Source: Podarcis gaigeae (lineage: Eukaryota). Taken from it: a stretch of DNA of 64,000 nucleotides. The notes under the pieces were generated by a model that was not told the DNA's origin, searched no databases, and saw only the letters and a program-made list of their open reading frames with translations. The first letter of the stretch is position 1. Every line of letters starts with the position of its first letter. Positions 50,988 through 63,212 of the stretch are shown piece by piece. Made by a program: the position numbers and the translations under genes. The stretch lies in the NCBI GenBank assembly GCA_964106915.2, contig OZ066917.1; one strand, 5' to 3'.

Positions 50988-51183
50988 CTCCTTCGCCTTC
51001 CACTTCTTTCTTCTTAACACGCTTGATCCTCTTCTTTAGGACTTTAGTGAGGAAATTAGCAAATTTGTTGTTTTCCCCCAAAGACGCTTGGAAAGTGGCA
51101 TAAAGGATCTTCTCTCGTTCCTGGAGCTTTGCAATCTCTGCTTTCTTTTCCTCAATTTGTGCAAGATAGCTATTTAATTTGTG
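50988..51183 (-). CDS. CFAP44: CFAP44 exon (HKLNSY...[30 protein letters not shown])
   Basis: ttgaag|CAC...GGA G|gtagga; 196 nt. Confidence 0.92.
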
Positions 51184-51363
51184 CTTCAAAGAAAGAAAAA
51201 TAGCACTTAAACCCCACGTGAGCAGCAATGGACACAACTATTACAGTTTGCTTAGCTACTGGGATGCAAGGAGGACTTATCTGTAAGAGAGGACAGAAGC
51301 ACTTTTCTCCCCTGTCTGAAGAGGCTCCTCGGCCAGCTACCTATAGGGCAGCCATCGGGGAAA

Positions 51364-51508
51364 ATCCTAGAATTGTAGAGTTGGAAGGAACCACAGAGGT
51401 CATCTAGTCTAAACCCCCTGCAGTGCAGGAATCTTTCACCCAATGTGAGGCTTGGACCCATGATCCTGAGATTAAGAGTCTTATGCTCTACCAACTAAGC
51501 TATCCTGC
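51364..51508 (-). mobile_element. tRNA-Lys(CTT)-derived SINE with CR1-type tail
   Basis: The - strand GGATAGCTTAGTTGGTAGAGCATAAGACTCTTAATCTCAGG..GGGTCCAAGCCTCACATTGGG resembles tRNA-Lys, followed directly by a CR1 3' end. Confidence 0.8.
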
Positions 51509-51663
51509 CTACAACTCCTTCCACCTGTGCACTTTTTGGGGAGCAGACGTCTCCACTGATGAGGGCTGTCCCTATCACATCTAGAATGGCCCTCTAAAAC
51601 CAGTAGAGGAAGGTCTCATATCAGGAACTTCAAAACCCAAAGCCTTTTATACGCCATGCATAC

Positions 51664-51867
51664 TTGCATTTCCTCCTCCTCACTGGAAAGGCTGTTGACA
51701 CGCTCCTGGAGAATGTTCTCATGTTTCTCAAAGTTCTTCAGGAGAAGCAGCTCTTGAAACCAAGTGATGTGGCGTAGGTCAGCAGTTTTCATCATTATGT
51801 CCAGTTTCAGTTTTTGGTGACGAAGAAGGCGAAGCTCAGCATCAAAGGTAATCATGAGCTCATGAAC
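51664..51867 (-). CDS. CFAP44: CFAP44 exon ([19 protein letters not shown]...EEEMQ)
   Basis: ctccag|GTT...ATG CAA|gtatgc; 204 nt. Confidence 0.93.
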
Positions 51868-52640
51868 CTGGAGAGAGTGTTAAGTCAGAAGTAGCACTCA
51901 AAAAAGGAGTAGAAGAATAATGTCAACAATGCTACTGTATTAAATGAACAGTTTTAACTGTGCCTCATTGCTAAATTAACAGTTTCCTGCAATATTGTTG
52001 TCATTCTAAAATAGTAATTAGTGAGGCTAAAGAACAGTCTGAAGCCATTTCCTTCCAAATTGACATTTGTCCAAAAAAAGGCAAGTATCAGCCTAGGGAT
52101 ACAGTTTTTCGTCTACTTCTAAAGCATGCATTCTGACTGGTGGCTGGGTCAATAGTATAAATTCTCCCAAGTTCACGCAGTTCACTGATGTGGGATTAAT
52201 CAGAGATTTGAACATGAAAATCCACAGAATTTTGCACAACTGCTGACATAGTTCAACTTTACTTTAGAAACTGGATAGGAACGTTACAATCATGATACGC
52301 TAAATAAAGGCTAAATACAAAATTCTCCTTGCTTTCATATTATCATTAGCAGATGTGGACCAGTTGTCTGATGTATCAAAGTGTGCAAAAATTTGGAAAA
52401 TTAAAGACATTTTTATTTTGAGAAGCTTTTCCAGCTGGGTGAAAAGGCATTGATTCTGTAGTGTTTTTAAACCTACATTTAATTGCATGTAGTTTTGGTA
52501 CCGTTTTAAAAGCTATTTTTAGTTGGTTTGTGCAAATTAACTTGAGACCGATAGGAAACGGGATCCACGAAGGAACAAATTTAAGAGACTTCACTTGGGA
52601 GCAGAGTACACCCAGTCGGCTTTGAAATATTTTCTCTTAC

Positions 52641-53159
52641 CCTCTTGACCAAAACCTCTTGCATATAAATGTTCCGAATCTCCGCCCTCTTTTCAATTTC
52701 CAGTTCCAAGTCTGTAGGCTCCACTGCTTCAAACTCAAAAGATTTGACTGTCTGCGCAGCAGTTCCAGATGCTATTTTCATCGATTTCAAACTTGTTGAC
52801 CGCATGGCAGCTTCTAAGTCCTTTACTGAAGGGGCACGATAAAAGCCTCCTCCGAAACCCCCTAGACCTCCGCCCTCTCCTGAAGGAACTACTGGCACCA
52901 TGTCCTTGAGCTTGGCCCGCTCTTCCAGGTCATGTTTGAACTTCATGAGCATTTCAGTGTCATACTGGAACTGTTTCTCTGGAGTCTCTTCAGGAAGGAG
53001 TTGGGGAATTGGAGGAACAGGGACATGTTTGGATGGGTGGAGAGATGATTGGATTTTTTTCAGTTCTTGCACCACACACTGGATCTCTTCAATAATAGCC
53101 ACCTTGAGGTCTCGGAGGGACACGATCCATTTGTTCATTTCCAGTTTCTTATCGTGTAT
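52641..53159 (-). CDS. CFAP44: CFAP44 large exon (IHDKKLEMNKWIVSLRDLK...EVLVKR)
   Basis: tttcag|ATA...AAG AGG|gtaaga; 519 nt. Confidence 0.93.
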
Positions 53160-54306
53160 CTGAAAGGAGGGTGCATTAAGGAACTCGCATTACGTCAATA
53201 TTCACGAACCCGTCCACCAAGACACTCTGCTTCCGCTCTTAGCACTACCTAAGCAAAATAATTTCAAAAGGAGACTCCAGTGTGAAACTGCTGAATTGCA
53301 ATTCAATAAAACATTCAACTCAAGCCATTTGGGTCTGAATAGAGACAAAGGTTTGCTTTCCAACTACAGATGTTCATTTGCTCAGTATGCCAGAGTGATT
53401 ATTTTATCATCTATAACTGCTGTTGTATAATGTCTCCATATTTATTTGTATACATTCTAACTCAAATTGAATTGTCACTATCTGTACATTTTGCATTCCA
53501 TTTCTATCTGATCTCACCGCTTACAACCCCCTCCCCATTTTCCCATGTGTGTATATATTGCCACAAAAGAGGATCTGAATAAGTAAGTGGACTCTAGTCC
53601 ATGTAAGCTTATCCCATAATTAAATTTGTTAAGTCTATAAGGTGCTGGAAGACTACTGGGTTTTTTGCTGTAGCAGACTAATACAGCTACCACTCCAGAT
53701 ATTGCATTAAAGATGACTATTTATAGTACAGAGGCAGGATTATACGGGGGGGGGGGGATCCTGTATTCATTCATATAGGCGCCCTGTTATCTCACTCACC
53801 TGCCTCCTTTAGCTCAGTCCTAGAAGTATTAATAAAAATAACTACTACATACCAACCCAGGCCTCAGCTTCACACCTGGACTTGGGCCTGCCAGTTGTGG
53901 CTCCCTTCATCCAGTTTTCCATTTTCTTGCTCTCCATGATCAGGCAGCATTTAGTGGGGAGGCTTTTTCCCTAAATATTTTTTGAACTTCTGTGGAACTC
54001 AGGCTTCCCCCAAGTCTGCTAATACTTCTGTCTTGTGCATGGGTGATACGATTTGAAGTAAAGAAGCAACAGCACTCAGAAAATTAAATCAGGAATGGGA
54101 TGATTTAAATAGTTTTTTAAAATTAATTATGTTATGGTTTTATTTGTTGTTTAAACTACTTTTGAGTTATTTCTTACAATCAAGTGGAATATACATTTTA
54201 TGAAATTATGAAGGAAAAAAGTTTCTCTGCCTTCCAGTGCAAATGCTTAGGAGAGGACAGCAGAGGGGATCACACAATCCAAGGGGGGGGGGCAGAATAT
54301 ACTTAC

Positions 54307-54484
54307 AGCCACTTCTAAAGATGCCAACTGATGAGTTTTCTTGTCAGCATTCATTCTCATGTGTTCAGGAATTTTGTAGTTAGTAGCCGTTTTCAATTTG
54401 AAGTCCCCCATATTTTGTTGGGCCTCTTTGATATTTTCTACATCTTTGGGGTCCTCATAGTCATCGCTTGGTTTGCTCTTGAAT
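54307..54484 (-). CDS. CFAP44: CFAP44 exon ([15 protein letters not shown]...MGDFKLKTA)
   Basis: tgtcag|A TTC...GTG GCT|gtaagt; 178 nt. Confidence 0.93.
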
Positions 54485-55223
54485 CTGACAAGCACCGGTG
54501 AAGATAAAAGCTATCAGTCCAACAGGCAGCATCAACTCACTCACTTTATAGCGTTTCATTCATCAAAGAAGCTGCGGCTCTGTGAATGCCCAGCTCTCAT
54601 CTCATGTGGAGGCAGCAGGAAACAGACTGAAACCCTTTTATATTGAAGGGAGGAAATACAAATGGCAACAAGGAAGAGTGCTGTTGTACTGAGCTCCTGC
54701 TTCCAGGCTCTCCATAGGCACCTGGTTGGTCTGTAAGATGTTCTAACTCGCCTTCCTACTAATTCACATGGAGGCATTACTGAAGAACAGACCTAGAAGA
54801 GGACTAAGCCCAGAGGGGATGGTTGGCACCAGCCTGACCCCTGCCAGGTCTGCTCTCCCAGTAAGCAAGTCTGTCTTTCTTGATGTAATTGCCACCTGCC
54901 TGCAAGTAAGAAGTTTGTCTAGCTGACTGCCGCGTGTGTGTGTGTTTGGTTGCTGGCTGAGTGGATACAGCTGGGCTGTGGGTGTGGTCAAGAGCCTGCC
55001 TTATAATAAGGACAGGCTTTGCCACTAGCAATGGGGTCACTCCTTTGGGTCTCCACTTTGAGGAGGTATGAGGCCATATACCACTCCACATGATCCTACC
55101 GTTATACCACATCATTTTGAAATTTTGAAGTAATATGGGCCAGGTATGGTTACTATTTGTTTATCAACAACATCCATCAACAATGAGCATTTAAATTTCT
55201 TTTCTTTTTTTACTCTGACTCAC

Positions 55224-55416
55224 AGTTCATCCCATTCATCCCTTCTTTGTTGGATCTTAGCTTTGGCTCTGTCTGCTTTTTCAATAATTTTTCTAAGTTT
55301 CTCCATTCGATTTTCAACAATGCGGCTTGCCACTGTGTGTGGGTGCGCCTTTTTTGGCAGCTTTTCTGAATCCACTTCTTCTTCACTAATAGAAGCCTGG
55401 GTTGGAAATTTTGGCT
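55224..55416 (-). CDS. CFAP44: CFAP44 exon (PKFPTQ...KIQQRRDEWDEL)
   Basis: gtgcag|AG CCA...GAA CT|gtgagt; 193 nt. Confidence 0.9.
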
Positions 55417-56955
55417 CTGCACAAATGTGAAGAAAAATAAAGTAACATGCTTCTGTCCATATCATCCTCGCAGGGTTGTCTTAGTAGAGTGCTGCATTTA
55501 CATCCACTTTGACAAAAATGTTGTTTCATAGGAACAGTTTCCAAATTCAGCTTGCTGAATACCAAACTGGAGCTGGCCCCAAGGGATTTCCTCGCAAAAG
55601 TAGGTTTTAAATGACATCTTCTGATATTTCCTGCTCTTTGCAAAGGTAGCATCTGAGGAATTCTCACTATGGCCCCTCAATATTGGAAAATGCAAAGCCC
55701 ACCTAAGCTTCTGTGTGCAGGAGGCACTTTGTCCCAGATTTTATCTTGTGAACCACTCTGACATCTTTTGATAAAAAGTGATATATAAATCTAATAAATA
55801 ATGCCTAAAACATTATTTCAGCATTACTTTAAATGTTAAGAGAAGTCATTGTAATAATCCTTCTATATAAAAACACCACCACCTTTACTGGTTGCCTTCA
55901 ACTAAGCCAAGGAACAAATTCTCCACTTTTCTGGCTGGTGAGAGTTCCAGGGGCAACACTTTATAAGTTGGCTTCCTTTGAAGGAGAGAGCACTGGAGGC
56001 TCACAACATAGATTTGGTTTATTAACAAATAGACAAAAGGCACCTAAATGGAGGCAAGCAGCAAAGCCATTGGCTTATCAAGTAGGAGATTGGCTACCCC
56101 ACATCACATCGCCAGAGAGAGGCAACCTTTATCTGAATATCCTTTTAGCCTTCTGCTAACTTTGTGCTTCTCTCTGCCCTTCTTTTTCTATACACAGACA
56201 AACATACATACAGCTTTTACATTAGCACCCTCATCCTAGCTGGTGTGTGTGTGTCACTTTCTAAACTCTGACAGAATTCAAACACTCCAACAATTTCCTA
56301 GCTCCCATGGAGGAACTATCCATTAGCCACTCCGGACCACTTAAAAGCCATTTCCCTTAAAAAATAAAAGCTAGGTTTCCTAGGCACTGTTAATAATAAT
56401 AATTATCTATCAGCCTGTGATATACAATCCCATGACAGTGTTCCACATGTGTTAGCACTATATAGAAAAACTAAATAAAAAGTATGGGTACGGTCGCACA
56501 GCTGGCATGGAGTCTGCCCTCAATAAGCACATACAGTACAATTTTGACCGGACAGCACTTTTGTATACATCAGAATGCTAAAAGCTGACAAGTCAAAGGC
56601 AGCTCTACCATCTGCTCTGATAAACTGCAAACCTGGTATATTTCTGAAGAACCAGTGACCTACTTGCTTAGGCACTTGCTACTCCACTATATTAAAAAAA
56701 AATAAATCACAGTATTTCACCAAGAAGAAAAAGAAAGTATTGTGCTTGTGGAGGAAACTGTTGACATTCAATGCAATGTGGGAAACTCTGTTTTTGAGCA
56801 GCCTTAGGGAACTGGTTTTTGAAATATAGTGCGAGGATACCATCTGACAAACCCTCTGGTATAGAACCATAACAAGTAATATAAGATGAAGGCTGTGGAA
56901 AAAAATATTATCTTATGGTTGTGATAGTTCTGCCACAATGTTTTCAAACCCTTAC

Positions 56956-57158
56956 TGGCATCCTTTTGGGTCTCTGTCCTTTGGTCTGTGTCTTTTCCTT
57001 TATGGTCATACTTGCTCTGTCGTCTTTTCGCTGCTTGACTTTGTTTACTGACATTGTACAATTTTTCTGAGATCGACAGCAGTCTGTACGTGGAGATTCG
57101 GTGGTTGCTTCTCATGGCACAGACCACAATGGTGTCATATTCCAAACTGGCCCGAAAC
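56956..57158 (-). CDS. CFAP44: CFAP44 exon (FRASLEYDTIVVCAM...TQKDA)
   Basis: cctcag|G TTT...GCC A|gtaagg; 203 nt. Confidence 0.9.
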
Positions 57159-57615
57159 CTGAGGAATCAAAGAAAAGATCTAATTTTTTTAATGCCACAT
57201 TTTCTGCTCCATTAAGTTGTCTCGGCAGGGATCAGCCAAGCAGCAACAGCCTCTATGCCAGGGTCTAGAAACCATTTTTCTGTCAAAGGCAGCATTCCCT
57301 CCAGGTTAATCAGTCAAGGACTACATGGCAGCTGCTGGGAAGGGCTTGGAGCTAAAATTAGATGGAGTTTGCAGCATCTCTTTCTCTATGCCTCCCAAAG
57401 AACTCCCTTCCTCGTCTGTAACTGTCAGCTCAGATCCCTTTAGCGTTTATATGCGAAGTTAGGGATTCTTTGCCCCAATGTGCATCATCACTTTACACTT
57501 GCTTACAAGTCTATCAACCTGGTGTGAAGCAGCTGTGAATAAGGCAGATTCTATGTTGGGGAACGTTAGGAAAGGGGCTGAAAATAAAAAACAAAACAAA
57601 AGATATTTGTCTAAT

Positions 57616-57841
57616 AAAGGTAAAGGATCCCTGAGAGTTAAGTCCAGTCGAAGGCGACTCTGGGGTTGCGGCGCTCATCTCGCTTTACAGACTAAGGGAG
57701 CCGGTGTTTGTCTGCAGACAGTTTTTCCGGGTCATGTGGCCAGCATGACTAAGCCGCTTCTGACTCAACAGAACACCGAAACCAGAGCAGCGCATGGAAA
57801 CGCCATTTACCTTCCCGCCGGAGCAGTACCTATTTATCTAC
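57616..57841 (-). mobile_element. 5'-truncated Sauria SINE nested in a CR1
   Basis: Shares aaaggtaaagg, ccgggtca(c/t)gtggccagc, ggaaacgcc.tttaccttcccgc and ctatttatctac with the 23299 copy. Confidence 0.88.
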
Positions 57842-58035
57842 CTTCATACAAATCTATGGGTGTATGCACTTGGAACACCATGTACAGTTCTTGATGTTGC
57901 ACAGCTGGAAGAGGGTCAGAAAAAGGGCAACCAAAATGATGAAGGGGATGCAGCACCTACCCTATGAGAAATGGTTACAACGCTTAGGTCTTTTTAGTTT
58001 AGGGGAAAAGGAAACTAAGGGGAGACATGATAGAG

Positions 58036-58171
58036 CAGGCTTCTTCAACCTCAGCCCTCCAGATGTTTTGAGACTACAATTCCCATCATCCCTGACCACT
58101 GGTCCTGCTAGCTAGGGATCATGGGAGTTGTAGGCCAAAAACATCTGGAGGGCAGAGGTTGAGGAAGCCTG
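58036..58171. mobile_element. hAT-type MITE nested in the CR1
   Basis: Long TIRs CAGGCTTC(T/C)TCAACCTC.GCCCTCCAGATGTTTTG; perfect 8-bp TSD TGATAGAG. Confidence 0.9.
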
Positions 58172-58779
58172 TGATAGAGGCACCTAAAATTATGCCTGGT
58201 GTGAAGAAAGTTGACAGAAGTTTTTCTTTCTCTTCCATAACACTAAAACTGAGTGAGGGTCATCCAATAGAATGGTGGGAGATTCGGGACAGACAAAAGG
58301 AAGCGCTTCTTCACAGAGAACATAGCTGAACAATGGAATCTGCTACCACAAGTTGTAGCAAAGGCACAAACTGGGTGACTTTAAAGGGGGATTAGGCAAA
58401 TTCATGGAGAATAAAGCTACCAATGGCTATCTGTCTTGATGGCTATATATTGCCTCTAAGATGAAGGACGGTATACCTCTGAATACCACCTGCTGGGCAA
58501 CAGGAGCAGAAGAGTCCCAGGTCCTGCTGCTCTGCCTGCCATAGGCATCTGTTTGGCTGCTGTGAGAACAGAACACTGGGCAAGAGAGGCATCTGGTCTA
58601 ATCCTACCCCGTTCTTCTCTTATGTTCTCAAGCAAAATGAGTAATACCAGAAAGACTTCAGTTTTCAAGGAAAAGTTTTCAGCTTTTTAAAAATAAAATA
58701 AAAACTTTGCTTAAATATAACATCTTATCAAATGAAGAATCTCTCTCAAAATTTGAGGACAAGGGGAAACGGCACTTGC

Positions 58780-58910
58780 CGATTCTCTACTTTCTGCAGC
58801 CCAATGCGATGTTTCTCCTGTTCCCAGGCCAATTCCTTTAGGACGAGCCGGATCTTATGCGCGGTCTTTCTGTCCATCTCTGCCCGGATTCTGCGGTCCA
58901 ACTCAAATTG
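58780..58910 (-). CDS. CFAP44: CFAP44 exon ([11 protein letters not shown]...[19 protein letters not shown]) with GC donor
   Basis: acgcag|CAA TTT...AAT CG|gcaagt; 131 nt. Confidence 0.88.
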
Positions 58911-59548
58911 CTGCGTATTGAAAAAGTAGCATTTCACTTAATGGTGGTTACGATGGTTGCTTCATTTGCTGGATGTCTATTCTGCTTCTCAGCAGCGCTC
59001 CCAGATGCTGGGATGTGATGGATCATGATGGTCCAAGGCAGAGATGGGGAAACTGGGGCCCTCCAGATGTTGCTGGACTCCAGTTCTCATCAGCCCCATT
59101 GAGAATGGCCAACGGCATGGGATAATGGGAGCTGAAGTCCAAAAGCATCCAGAATCAGAGGTACCCCAGCATCTGTTTACAAACAAGGGGTGGCCCATCC
59201 CGTTTCATCACCTGAGGCAAAACATCACCTGCTGACCCATGACCGTGTTGCTCCCCACCCCCTTTGCCATCACCAGAATGCACCTCTTCTCCTCCTGAAT
59301 TGTTCTACCAAGTACAAGATTTCTGCTCCTGTGCTAGACAGATAGTGATTTTATTTTGATCTTTTTGCAAGCAGGTTTTTAGAGCCTTTTGGAGCTATAG
59401 AGTGCGATAAACGTATTCTAAATAAAATGAATGAAGAAATAAAAATATTGGTGAAATCCTAACTGCCATCAGCAATTTGCCTAATTTAGGAACAGCCAGT
59501 CAGCAACCTTCACAATATTTTAAAGCAGTCATAGTTGCACCACAGCTA

Positions 59549-59837
59549 CCGTATTGTTCGCTCTATAGGACGCACCCGACCATAAGACGCACCTAGTTTT
59601 TAGAGGAGGAAAACAAGAAACAAGAAAGCAAGAGGGAGGAGCGAAGAGGGAGGGAAGAGGCTTTGCCTGGCTATCCCGGAAGCCAGAAGAGCAAGAGGGA
59701 TCGGCGTGCACTGACCCCTCTTGCTCTTCTGGCTTCAGCAATAGCTGCACAGCCTGCATTCACTCCATAAGACGCACACACATTTCCCCTTACTTTTTAG
59801 GAGGGAAAAAGTGTGTCTTGTAGAGCAAAAAATACGG
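59549..59837. mobile_element. Tc2/pogo-like non-autonomous DNA transposon
   Basis: TA-CCGTATTGTTCGCTCTATAGGACGCAC...GTGTGTCTTGTAGAGCAAAAAATACGG-TA. Confidence 0.85.
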
Positions 59838-60434
59838 TAATTCATTTCTCTACTTCCAAACTGTTCCCAATGATGTCCACTTGTAAGATTCACTGTTCAA
59901 AGCAATCACCTGAATGTATTAGTCAATCTCTACATATACATGGAACCAAAGCTAAATCTTGTAGTTCTTAATCTGCTTTACACTTTACATGCATGGTAAA
60001 ATGACATGAATACCCTCCTAATTTACTGGTATTCGGTGTTCCAACAAGCTGTTCCTTGGGGAGTACTGGGCTAAATACTTTAACCATGGAAAAAAGGTTG
60101 GAACCACCTTTATAGGACAAAGCAATTCAAACACACTATGAATCTGAAAACTATCTAGGCTAAACTAAGAAATGCATGAAAAGCACAACTGCAAAAAGCA
60201 AAACAGGCATTTTTCTTTTTAAGAAAATAGCAGGCTTCATTGTTTCAACTATTGGGAGTGAACTCAGAAGTAGTGGGCTCACTTTCGGCTAGTTGTTTTA
60301 TTTATATTGCAAACTGACCTGAGCCCTTAGAATAAAAACCATAATAAAACAAAATAAACATTGACCCATTACAAAAGTACAAGCCACACTAAGGCATTAA
60401 TTTGTACCTCTAAAGAAAGAAAAACCATACATAC

Positions 60435-60597
60435 TGCTCTGTGAAGTTGCATGTGAGATGGCAGCTGACGGTTCATTTGGAGCAAATTCTGAAACTCCTC
60501 CCTTAGAGTGCTTAGTTCTTGTCTCTTAATAGATTTATTCTGTTCTGCTATCCTCATTATATAATCGTGTTCCTTTTTTTGCTTCGCATTTTCAATA
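60435..60597 (-). CDS. CFAP44: CFAP44 exon (IENAKQKKEHDYIMRIAE...MQLHRA)
   Basis: ttctag|T ATT...AGA GCA|gtatgt; 163 nt. Confidence 0.92.
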
Positions 60598-61207
60598 CTA
60601 GAAATATGAGAAAATAAAGATAAGATGGAGCAGTTTAAACCTAAACTCTGGAAGTGGGCCTACAGAAAAGAAGAACATTTCATTTTGTAATAAAGGTTTT
60701 TTACAGCAAAAATTACACAGCTTGGGGTCCCCTGCAACTCTACAATTCTATCTACAAAATATCCAGTTTTGCAATATTTGATTAATAAGCCTCTTTGGGA
60801 CAGTGTTGTATAAACAAATAAATTTGTATAGAACTGAACTATTAGATGGAGCTACCAAATGAATGATTAAAAAGCTGACAGAAGCTGCACCACAATTATC
60901 CTGACAAAGCCAACAGTGGCTTTTGAGGTGGGCTGGGTGGGTCTGAAAGCTTTATGCATTAAAGAACTGTTTCAACAGAGTAGAGAGTGCTTATCTAGAA
61001 GTCATCTAGATCTGACCTCTTAATTTATACTGGCATCCCAGGCACCAATCCAGAAGTGAGAGAGATATTTGAGGGAATAGCTTTAGTAACATGACTTGTC
61101 AATAGGCCACATCGGATGAGGGTGCACTGCCATTTCAAAGAGGCTCTTAGTGAAACCCGTTCCTCATGAGGGATTCAGAAGTAAAGTCTATCTTTCGGCA
61201 GCTTTAC

Positions 61208-61263
61208 CTGTAGGCGGTAGGATCCTCAATATCTTCTGCTGGTCTCTCTCTTTCGATGCCTCT
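61208..61263 (-). CDS. CFAP44: CFAP44 exon (RGIERERPAEDIEDPTAYS)
   Basis: ccacag|AGA...TAC AG|gtaaag; 56 nt, phase 0-2. Confidence 0.9.
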
Positions 61264-61546
61264 CTGTGGAAGAATGTAATCAAACAATTGATGGCACTGT
61301 CAACAGTTGGCATGGCTGTTCCTGAAGTTAGGCTGGAATTGCATGCAGCTCCTCACAAGCACAGTATTGTACTATAATTCATATAGGACATAAAAGACAC
61401 AATGGTGTCTTTCTAGCAATCAACCTCCCTGCTGCCCAACCCTAAGGGGACTGAAAAAAATGTTCATCAAGGAAACAGCTGAAAGTTTCCCAATAATTGT
61501 GCACTTAAAATATGAAGTAAGGCCTATCTTCCTGGCTGTTCCTTAC

Positions 61547-61817
61547 CCTTGGAGAGGGCACCTTAGCCTTTAGCACTTTCTTAACCTCCTCAGCTGAAAG
61601 GATGTTATAAGTAAAGATATTGCCATCTGCTCCACAGGTCACAAGAAACCGATCATCAAAACTTGGGCAGATGCCTTGAATTTGCCCATAGTTATTATCA
61701 TGCATGCTGTATGACCAATATCCGGCTATATTGTCCTTTGAGAGCCATTTCTCGTGGAGAGCGTAGATCCGTACTGCTCCATCCTGCATGCCACAGATCA
61801 TTAGCAAGCCAGTGGAG
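61547..61817 (-). CDS. CFAP44: CFAP44 exon, last WD40 repeats
   Basis: ccacag|C TCC ACT...CCA AGG|gtaagg; 271 nt. Confidence 0.93.
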
Positions 61818-62867
61818 CTGTGGAAGTAATCAAAACAAACAGCTGAGGGTGATTTACTTTCTCCACAATGCCCTGCGACATGGACATCTAAGGGAGCAAT
61901 CCAAACCCAAGATCTACTGGTATGTGCAAGTTATGATCCAGAAATTCAGGCTCAGACAACCGATTCCTAGCACGGCCAGGCAAGGTTGAATCCTGGTTCA
62001 ACCAAAGATATGCCAGCATAACTCCCACATCCAAGCTCAGCCAGGATTTAGTCAGCTGAGCCAAGACAGACAGATTTTACATGCTGTAAGCCCTGGAAAA
62101 TGGGTGTTCTGGGGAAGTGGTGTGATGGGACCAGGCAGAGGGACTTGTCCTGAATCCTAACTTCTATTGAGCTCAGCCACATAACCTGTCAACTTGGCAG
62201 GACTCATGCTGTTATGAAGAGCAGTGTATGTCAAGCTCTATTTCAAAGATCTGTTTTTCCACTGCCAGGCTTACACCAGCTGAGCCAGCAGTAGTTCTGC
62301 TCTCGAAGAGAGTTTGGAACAGCTCAATTGAAGGCAGTGTAAGTTCCACTTGCCTCCAATATTTAGTATTGTTCTATGAATCCTAAGAAGGCCCGGGTAA
62401 TGTGAGACATCCAAAGTTCTAGTAGGAACAAGGTTAATGCTGGCAGAGGTCTTTTCTGCAGCTTTTGACTAATGGATTGGGGAAAAATCACAGTATTTCC
62501 TCAATTCTAAGGGAACCATTCTAACCATTTGTGGTTGCATCCACACTATACACTTGAAGCGTATGGCTTTCCCCAAATAATCCTAGGAACTGTAATCACC
62601 CATCACAGAGCTACAATTCCAATCACCCATCATAAACTACAGTTCCCAGGATTCTCGGAGGGTGGATCTATGTGCTTTGAATGCATGGTGACTGTGACCT
62701 GTGTCACATTTTAGGATTTTACCTTAAAAGGGTATTTGAGCAGAATAGGTGGGTTGGAGGTTTCTGGAGCCTTTAACATCTCTTAAATCCAATTCGAGTT
62801 ACACATAAACTGATGCTTAGGAACTCTTTGCATACAAACTCACTGCTATCTTCACCACTTTGACTCA

Positions 62868-63212
62868 TGGCTCCTCCTGGCATCAGCACTGGCCAGCGGC
62901 GGAGCAAGCCGATCAGACGCTTGTGGCGGCATGGATGCCCTATGCCAAGGGGTGAGGCTAGCCGTCCACGGAGGCACCGTGGGGCCTCCAAGGAGTCTGT
63001 CTGCCTCCTCCCACTCAGCCGCCCTACAGCTGAGGGGGAGGTGGCGGGCGGACCATTTGGGGCACCCAAGCCACCTCATCACTCCCAGGAGACACGTGTG
63101 ACTTGGGCACGCTGCAGGCCCCGCGGTGAGTGCCACCCAGCATTTTGTCACCCCCTCACTGGTGGCACTCAGGGCGGACCGCCCCTACCGCACCCCTCTT
63201 CCTCCACCCCTG
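62868..63212. mobile_element. GC-rich hAT-like transposon fragment
   Basis: CpG-rich block ending cattttgtcaccccct...gggcggaccgccc...ctccacccctg, like the MITE ends at 13407. Confidence 0.45.

Larger units (their letters stand above)
57393..58629 (+). mobile_element. Degraded CR1 LINE 3' portion with inverted 5' segment
   Basis: ORF2 remnants (WCEAAVNKADSMLG; RATKMMKGMQHLPYEKWLQRLGLFSL), 3'UTR ending cttatgttct; the - strand of 57393-57507 reads VSKCKVM(M)HIGAKNPNF. Confidence 0.85.

Noticed and set aside
51435-51508. Possible tRNA-Lys(CTT) gene on the - strand
   Set aside because: The T-arm/B box and acceptor stem are degenerate, it is fused to a CR1 tail, and a second truncated copy exists. 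It is a SINE head.
62700-62830. Possible further CFAP44 exon with donor AAG|gtaaaa near 62722
   Set aside because: The phase-compatible frame gives no CFAP44-like or WD40-like peptide. The next upstream exon probably lies outside the window.
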